From Hormoscilla sp. (lineage in GTDB: Bacteria; Cyanobacteriota; Cyanobacteriia; Cyanobacteriales; Desertifilaceae), in assembly GCA_051439505.1 (NCBI GenBank), contig JBFRWI010000086.1:32001-96000 (forward strand): a stretch of 64,000 nt of DNA, in the 5' to 3' direction. Shown one piece after another: positions 58,472 through 64,000 of the stretch (the first letter of the stretch is position 1; each line of letters opens with the position of its first letter). A model generated the notes under the pieces. That model did no database searches and was not told the DNA's origin. It saw only the letters and a list, made by a program, of their open reading frames with translations. A program made the translations under genes and the position numbers.

Positions 58472-61400
58472 ATGGTACAGCATGCAAATAATGAAAAATT
58501 GAGCGAGGGTTTGGGTTACTACCAAGCAGGACGCCTGGATGAGGCGAGGACTGTTTATTGGGAAATTATCCAAGAACAGCCTCACCAGGTGGAAGCGATC
58601 GCGATGCTGGGAATTATTGCTCATCAGACGGGGGCATACGATCGGGCGATCGGCTATTACCAAGAGGCGTTAGCGATAAAACCAGATTACCCTGAGGCTT
58701 ATAATAATCTGGGGGCTAGCTTCTGGGAACAGGGCCAGATGGAACGGGCGGTCGCTGTCTACAAACAGGCGATCGCCATTAAACCAGATTATATTGATGC
58801 CTATAATAACCTGGCGATCGCACTCTCAAGGCAGGGAAAAATATCGGAGGCGACGGCAGTTTACCAGCAAGTTGTCTTACTAAGGCCGGAGAGTGGAGAG
58901 GCCCGGCAAAAGTTGGCGGATCTGCTGAAAAAGGGCAGGCGTTGGGATGAGGCAATGGCCAATTACCAACAGGCGATCGCCCTTAATCCCGAAAACCCAG
59001 AATTGTATAATAGTCTGGGAGAAGTCCTCAAGGAAAAGGGAGAAATAACCCACGCGAAGGAAAATTTTCAACGGGCGATCGGCCTGAAGCCAGACTATTA
59101 CGAGGCCCTAAATAATCTGGCCTTTGTGTTTGTGGCGGAAAAGCAATTAGAAAGGGCGGCAGAGTTATTTCAGCAGATGATCGCCCTGAAGCCGCAGATA
59201 CCGGAAACCTATAATAATTTAGGTGCTACCCTCAAGCAGCTAGACAGGGTAGAAGAGGCGATCGCTTGCTATGAAAAAGCTTTGGCTCTCAAACCAGAGT
59301 TTAGAGAAGTATATAATAATCTGGGGGCGGCGCGACAAGAGCAAGCGTTAAATCAATTGCCAGAGGCGATCGCTAATTATCGCACCTGCATTGCGATCGA
59401 TCCTGAAGATGCCATGGCCCACAGTCGTCTGGGAATGGCCTTGTTGCTGAGTGGTAATTTCCCCGAGGGATGGGTTGAATATGAATGGCGCTGGCAAACG
59501 GCAGATTTACTCTCCAGTAGGTTGAAGACTACTAAACCTGTATGGGATGGTAGGGAACTAGCCGGAAAAACCATTCTGCTAGACTCGGAACAGGGATTTG
59601 GCGATACAATTCAGTTTATTCGCTATGTTCCCCTAGTTGCCAAGGGTGGTGGTAAAGTCATTGTCCAAACCTATACCGGACTGCAACGCTTATTTGCGAC
59701 AGTCCCGGGGATCGATCGGGTGATAATTAAGGGGGAAGAATTACCGGAATTTGATTGCCACGCCCCTTTAATGAGTCTCCCCCATATCCTGGGTACGAGG
59801 AAAGAAACAATTCCCTCTCAAGTTCCTTACTTACAAACGGAAACACTAAAGTGTTTACTACGAACCCCGGAAACACTAAAGTGTTTACTACGAACCCCGG
59901 AAACACTAAAGTGTTTACTACGAACCCCGGAAACACTAAAGTGTTTACTACGAACCCAGAAGCTGAGGGTGGGTATTGCTTGGACGGTTAATCCTCAAAG
60001 CGCCACTGCTTACAAACGCGCTTGTCCCCTTAGCTATTTTCTGGAACTGCTAGAGGAAATCCCAGAAATTACTCTCTATAGTTTGGAGGTGTCGGACGAA
60101 GCAAAGCAGGAAATCGAAAAAACCCCCATACAAGATTTAAGTCATCTGCTGAAAGACTTTGCCGATACTGCTGCTGTGATCTCACAATTGGATTTGGTAA
60201 TCTCTGTAGATACGGCTGTGGCTCATTTGGCCGGGGCCTTGGGAAAAATAGTCTGGGTGCTGTTACCTTTTTCTCCCGACTGGCGTTGGCAGTTGCATGG
60301 AGAAGAGACTCCTTGGTATCCGACTATGCGCTTGTTTCGGCAAGCAAAACGATCCTGTTGGTCGGAACTGTTCGATCGGGTGAAGGTGGCCCTGGGATCC
60401 CAGACGGATAATCAAACATCTGCCCTGCTACAGATGGCCCAGAAACACGAACAAGCTGGAAATGTAGATGCTGCGGCCCAAATTTATCGCGATATTCTCT
60501 CATCCCATCCCCGACAGACTCAGACCCTGCATTACCTGGGCTGTCTGGTCCACAAGCAAGGGTTACTGCAAGAGGCGATCGACCTCTATCAACGGGCGAT
60601 CGCGATCGATCCTCACTACGTAGATGTTTACAATAACTTAGCCCTGGCCTTTACGACCGTCAGACAATTGCCAACCGCCATCGAGTATTATAATCAAGCT
60701 TTGCGGTTAGATCCGGAAAATGCGAGCGGCCATTTAGGTAAAGGGTTGGCGCTGCTGCTGATGGGGGACATGGGTCGCGGTTTCGTTGAATATGAATGGC
60801 GTTTTGCGGTGCAACATCAGGGAAAGGGAGTTCCCCCACGTCTATTTCAGCAACCAACTTGGCAGGGAGAACCCCTTGGGGGACGTACTATTCTCCTCTA
60901 TGGAGAACAGGGGTATGGTGATGCTATTCAGTTTATTCGCTACGCGCCCCTAGTGGCCCAAAGGGGAGGAAGGGTAATTGTAGAATGTCACTCATCTCTA
61001 GTCCGACTGTTTGCAACTGTTAGTGGCATTGAGAGAATTATAGCTGAGGGAACGGTACTGCCAGATTTCGATCTGCAAGCACCCTTGATGAGTTTGCCTC
61101 GGATCCTGTGTACAACTTTAGAAACAATTCCTAATCAAGTACCTTACCTCAAAATATCCGGGACTCTCCTGTCCCCTATCCCACGCAATTCCCAATTCAA
61201 GATCGGATTTGTTTGGTCGGGACATATCGCCTATCGAGGGGATATCACTCACTTGCGTGCTTATCCCGTGGGTTATTTTCTGGAACTTGCCCAGATCCCG
61301 GAGGTGACTTTATATAGTCTGCAAAAATATCCATCGGCGGCAGAAATAGCTGCCTTAGAAAAAAATAATGTCCTGTCTCTGCACGATCGCCTCTCCGATT

Positions 61401-64000
61401 TTGCCGATACAGCAGCTATAATTAACCAACTAGACTTAGTGATCTCGGTAGATACGGCGGTGGCCCATTTAGCAGGGGCCTTGGGAAAACCAGTCTGGGT
61501 ACTGCTACCTTTTGCCCCCGACTGGCGTTGGATGCTAGATCGATCCGATAGCCCTTGGTATCCCACGATGCGGCTATTTCGTCAAGAACAGCCAAAAGAT
61601 TGGCAAAGACGGTTTGCTGATGTTAAAATAGCTTTACGAGAACTTTTAAGTATGGCAAATAATAGTAAAAATACTGTGAAAATTAATGAAAGTTTAGTCA
61701 AAGCCCATAGTTTATATCAAGGGGGAGAAGGTGACAAGGCGATCGCCCTATGTCGGCAATTGCTATTAACCTATCCGGGACATAGTGAAACCACCTATTT
61801 GTTGGGAGTGTTCCTGCAAAATACCGGGAAAATAGCAGAGGCGATCGGGGTTTATCGGCAGGCGATCGCCCGACAGCCCCAGGACATGCGTTTGCACAAT
61901 AATTTGGGCGTAGCTTTGCGCAGCTTGGGCCGCGATGATGAGGCGATCGCCTGCTACGAACAGGCCATCACCATTGACCCCAACTGTGGGGAAGCTTACC
62001 ATAATTTGGCCATTATTCTGGAAGCCCAGGACCGGAGAGAAGAGGCGATCGCCTATTATGAAAAAACCATTGCCATTAAACCAGAAAAGGCGGAATTTTA
62101 CAATCGGCTGGGTTACTGCTATCAACAAGGGGGCGACTTAGCAGAGGCGGCGAGACGGTATCAAGAGGCTTTAAGGATAAAACCAGACTATCTGGAGGCA
62201 ATTTGCAACCTGGGGATCACATTACAACGGCAGGGTAACATAGTAGAGGCGATCGCCCAATATCGTCAGGCCCTGGCAATTAAACCAGATTATCCAGAAG
62301 TTTACAATAATATGGGTACGGCTTGGGAAAGTCAGGGGAAATTGCCAGAGGCGATCGGGTGCCACCAACAGGCGATCGCCCTGAAACCAGACTTTGCCGA
62401 AGCATACAGCGACCTGGGTTTTGCCCTGCAAGGACAAAAGCAATTCCAACAGGCGGCTGGCTATTACCGCCATGCTATTGCCTTAAAGCCCGATGAAGTA
62501 ATGGCCCACGTGCGCCTGGGAATGTGCTTATTATTATTGCAGGACTTTCAACGAGGATTTGCCGAATATGAATGGCGCTGGCGGACAAAATCACAGACCC
62601 CGGCAGAACGCTTGGGAAAACCCCTTTGGGATGGTTCGTCCCTGGCAGGAAAAACCATTCTCCTACATACAGAACAGGGATGCGGGGATGCTATTCAGTT
62701 CGTCCGTTACGCCCCCTTAGTCGCCCAGCAAGGAACTCAAGTAATTCTGGAAACCTATCGGGATCTTGGGCGCTTGTTTACTACGGTTCCTGGGGTGCAG
62801 CAAGTGGTAATTAAGGGCGAACAGTTACCAGCATTTGACCTGCAAGCCCCCCTGATGAGTCTTCCCCGGATCCTGGGTACGACGGTGGAAACTATTCCTG
62901 CTGAAGTTCCCTATTTGCACGCTGAAGGGACGGAAGCACTAAAGTGCTTACTACGAACGGAAGGAGAGGTAAAAGTCGGCATTGTGTGGGCTGTTAATGC
63001 TAAAAGTCCTACTGCTAGCAAGCGGTCTTGTCCAGTCTCCCTGTTTCTGGAACTGTTGGAGATCCCAGGAATTTCTCTTTATAGTTTGCAAAAGGAACAT
63101 GCAGATATCCTCGATGGCACGGCTATTCAGGATTTAAGTACGCATTTGCATGACTTCGCTGATACGGCGGCGGCGATCGCCCAACTAGACTTAGTTATAT
63201 CTGTAGATACAGCAGTGGCCCATTTAGCGGGTGCTTTAGGAAAACCTGTCTGGGTGTTGCTACCATTTTCTCCTGACTGGCGCTGGTTGCTAGATCGATC
63301 GGACAGCCCCTGGTATCCGACAATGCGGCTATTTCGTCAAGCAAAACAGTCCGACTGGCAAAGCGTGTTTGCCCAAGTTAAGGCAGCATTAACTGCCAAG
63401 GATGAGTCGTCAGTTCGTAGGACAGGCGTCTCGCCTGTTACTGGTGAGTCGAACGAACAACAACCAAAAACCCAGGTGATTTCCATCGATCGGGGTTTAG
63501 AAATTGCCCGCAACCACCACGAACTGGGACAAACTCAACAGGCGATCGATATCTGTCGGCAAATTCTCTCCTCATTTCCCGCACATGCAGATACTCTCTA
63601 TTCTCTGGGGTCATTCCTCCACAGGAAAGATAATCTAGATGAGGCGATCGCCCTCTACCAACAGGCGATCGCCAGCGATCCCAATCATTTTGAAGCCCGT
63701 CTTAACTTAGGATTGGCTATTTGTCAACAAGGAGACAAGGAAAAGGCGATCGCCATCTACCAGGAGGCTTTAAGCATCCAACCGGACCGGGCTGAGATTT
63801 ACTATAACCTGGGTAATGCCCTCCAAGAACAAGAGAAATATGAAGAGGCGATGGCCAATTACCAACAGGCGATCGCCCGGAAGCCAGACTATCCTAAAGC
63901 TTACAATAACTGGGGCAATTGCCTGAAAACAGTAGGACGGTTAGATGAGGCCATCGCCCAATACCGGCAGGCCATCGCCCTGGACCCCAACTACGCCGGG
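58472..64000 (+). CDS. Giant TPR / glycosyltransferase (GT9-like) multi-module protein, running off the window (at least 1843 aa)
   Basis: Starts MVQHANNEK. Spot checks at 59822, 60782, 62522 and 63962 are all in one frame. Three modules of TPRs-EYEWR-EQGxGDxIQFxRY-DFADTAA-LDLVISVDT-DWRW-PWYPTMRLFRQ, then more TPRs. Confidence 0.9.
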   Translation, partial: MVQHANNEKLSEGLGYYQAGRLDEARTVYWEIIQEQPHQVEAIAMLGIIAHQTGAYDRAIGYYQEALAIKPDYPEAYNNLGASFWEQGQMERAVAVYKQAIAIKPDYIDAYNNLAIALSRQGKISEATAVYQQVVLLRPESGEARQKLADLLKKGRRWDEAMANYQQAIALNPENPELYNSLGEVLKEKGEITHAKENFQRAIGLKPDYYEALNNLAFVFVAEKQLERAAELFQQMIALKPQIPETYNNLGATLKQLDRVEEAIACYEKALALKPEFREVYNNLGAARQEQALNQLPEAIANYRTCIAIDPEDAMAHSRLGMALLLSGNFPEGWVEYEWRWQTADLLSSRLKTTKPVWDGRELAGKTILLDSEQGFGDTIQFIRYVPLVAKGGGKVIVQTYTGLQRLFATVPGIDRVIIKGEELPEFDCHAPLMSLPHILGTRKETIPSQVPYLQTETLKCLLRTPETLKCLLRTPETLKCLLRTPETLKCLLRTQKLRVGIAWTVNPQSATAYKRACPLSYFLELLEEIPEITLYSLEVSDEAKQEIEKTPIQDLSHLLKDFADTAAVISQLDLVISVDTAVAHLAGALGKIVWVLLPFSPDWRWQLHGEETPWYPTMRLFRQAKRSCWSELFDRVKVALGSQTDNQTSALLQMAQKHEQAGNVDAAAQIYRDILSSHPRQTQTLHYLGCLVHKQGLLQEAIDLYQRAIAIDPHYVDVYNNLALAFTTVRQLPTAIEYYNQALRLDPENASGHLGKGLALLLMGDMGRGFVEYEWRFAVQHQGKGVPPRLFQQPTWQGEPLGGRTILLYGEQGYGDAIQFIRYAPLVAQRGGRVIVECHSSLVRLFATVSGIERIIAEGTVLPDFDLQAPLMSLPRILCTTLETIPNQVPYLKISGTLLSPIPRNSQFKIGFVWSGHIAYRGDITHLRAYPVGYFLELAQIPEVTLYSLQKYPSAAEIAALEKNNVLSLHDRLSDFADTAAIINQLDLVISVDTAVAHLAGALGKPVWVLLPFAPDWRWMLDRSDSPWYPTMRLFRQEQPKDWQRRFADVKIALRELLSMANNSKNTVKINESLVKAHSLYQGGEGDKAIALCRQLLLTYPGHSETTYLLGVFLQNTGKIAEAIGVYRQAIARQPQDMRLHNNLGVALRSLGRDDEAIACYEQAITIDPNCGEAYHNLAIILEAQDRREEAIAYYEKTIAIKPEKAEFYNRLGYCYQQGGDLAEAARRYQEALRIKPDYLEAICNLGITLQRQGNIVEAIAQYRQALAIKPDYPEVYNNMGTAWESQGKLPEAIGCHQQAIALKPDFAEAYSDLGFALQGQKQFQQAAGYYRHAIALKPDEVMAHVRLGMCLLLLQDFQRGFAEYEWRWRTKSQTPAERLGKPLWDGSSLAGKTILLHTEQGCGDAIQFVRYAPLVAQQGTQVILETYRDLGRLFTTVPGVQQVVIKGEQLPAFDLQAPLMSLPRILGTTVETIPAEVPYLHAEGTEALKCLLRTEGEVKVGIVWAVNAKSPTASKRSCPVSLFLELLEIPGISLYSLQKEHADILDGTAIQDLSTHLHDFADTAAAIAQLDLVISVDTAVAHLAGALGKPVWVLLPFSPDWRWLLDRSDSPWYPTMRLFRQAKQSDWQSVFAQVKAALTAKDESSVRRTGVSPVTGESNEQQPKTQVISIDRGLEIARNHHELGQTQQAIDICRQILSSFPAHADTLYSLGSFLHRKDNLDEAIALYQQAIASDPNHFEARLNLGLAICQQGDKEKAIAIYQEALSIQPDRAEIYYNLGNALQEQEKYEEAMANYQQAIARKPDYPKAYNNWGNCLKTVGRLDEAIAQYRQAIALDPNYAG
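59838..59957. repeat. Four perfect 30-bp in-frame repeats (ETLKCLLRTP) derived from the REP-like hairpin
   Basis: CGGAAACACTAAAGTGTTTACTACGAACCC x4; a single variant copy at 62931-62958. Confidence 0.93.

Noticed and set aside
59838..59957. CRISPR-like 30-bp palindromic repeats
   Set aside because: Head-to-tail with no spacers, and in frame within a CDS
58454..62814. Short ORFs listed in the track across this region
   Set aside because: All overlap the long open TPR/GT9 frame and are shadows of it

Overview
This is a cyanobacterial chromosomal window, probably from a filamentous Oscillatoriales-type organism. The HIP1 octamer GCGATCGC is very dense, heptamer STRR tracts are common, and psb28, ycf3 and psbZ are present. 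Most of it is housekeeping: cobB, gatC, hom, tRNA-Ser(CGA), pcrA, metK, rps1, ribH, a tRNA nucleotidyltransferase, anmK, ktrAB and the tocopherol genes. The standout is an accessory island at about 6.0-18.6 kb. On the minus strand it carries an ECF-like sigma factor, a DUF1822 protein, a membrane pentapeptide-CHAT protease with an intact His/Cys dyad, a pilin and a PFE-CTERM-type surface protein. On the plus strand it carries three PEP-CTERM cassettes with near-identical ends and unrelated middles. The divergent intergenic region holds four copies of one promoter-like motif, TTTG(C/A)GAAAAAAA-N14-CAA(A/G)T-N8-GAGGC. One copy faces the sigma gene. Three sit in a 193-bp tandem repeat whose hairpins show compensatory changes, and a perfect HLR1 box lies between the two directions. 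This looks like a protease / anti-sigma / sigma switch controlling surface proteins and possibly repeated structured RNAs (inference). Other notable items are a C5 DNA methyltransferase homologue lacking its catalytic Cys, a TerY-P triad with a WD40-fused kinase, a cytochrome c peroxidase plus DAHL-type hybrid kinase pair between tocopherol genes, and a giant TPR/GT9 multi-module ORF that the ORF track missed. There are also several MITEs with target-site duplications and a covarying REP-like hairpin family. No CRISPR array, rRNA or intact transposase was seen.
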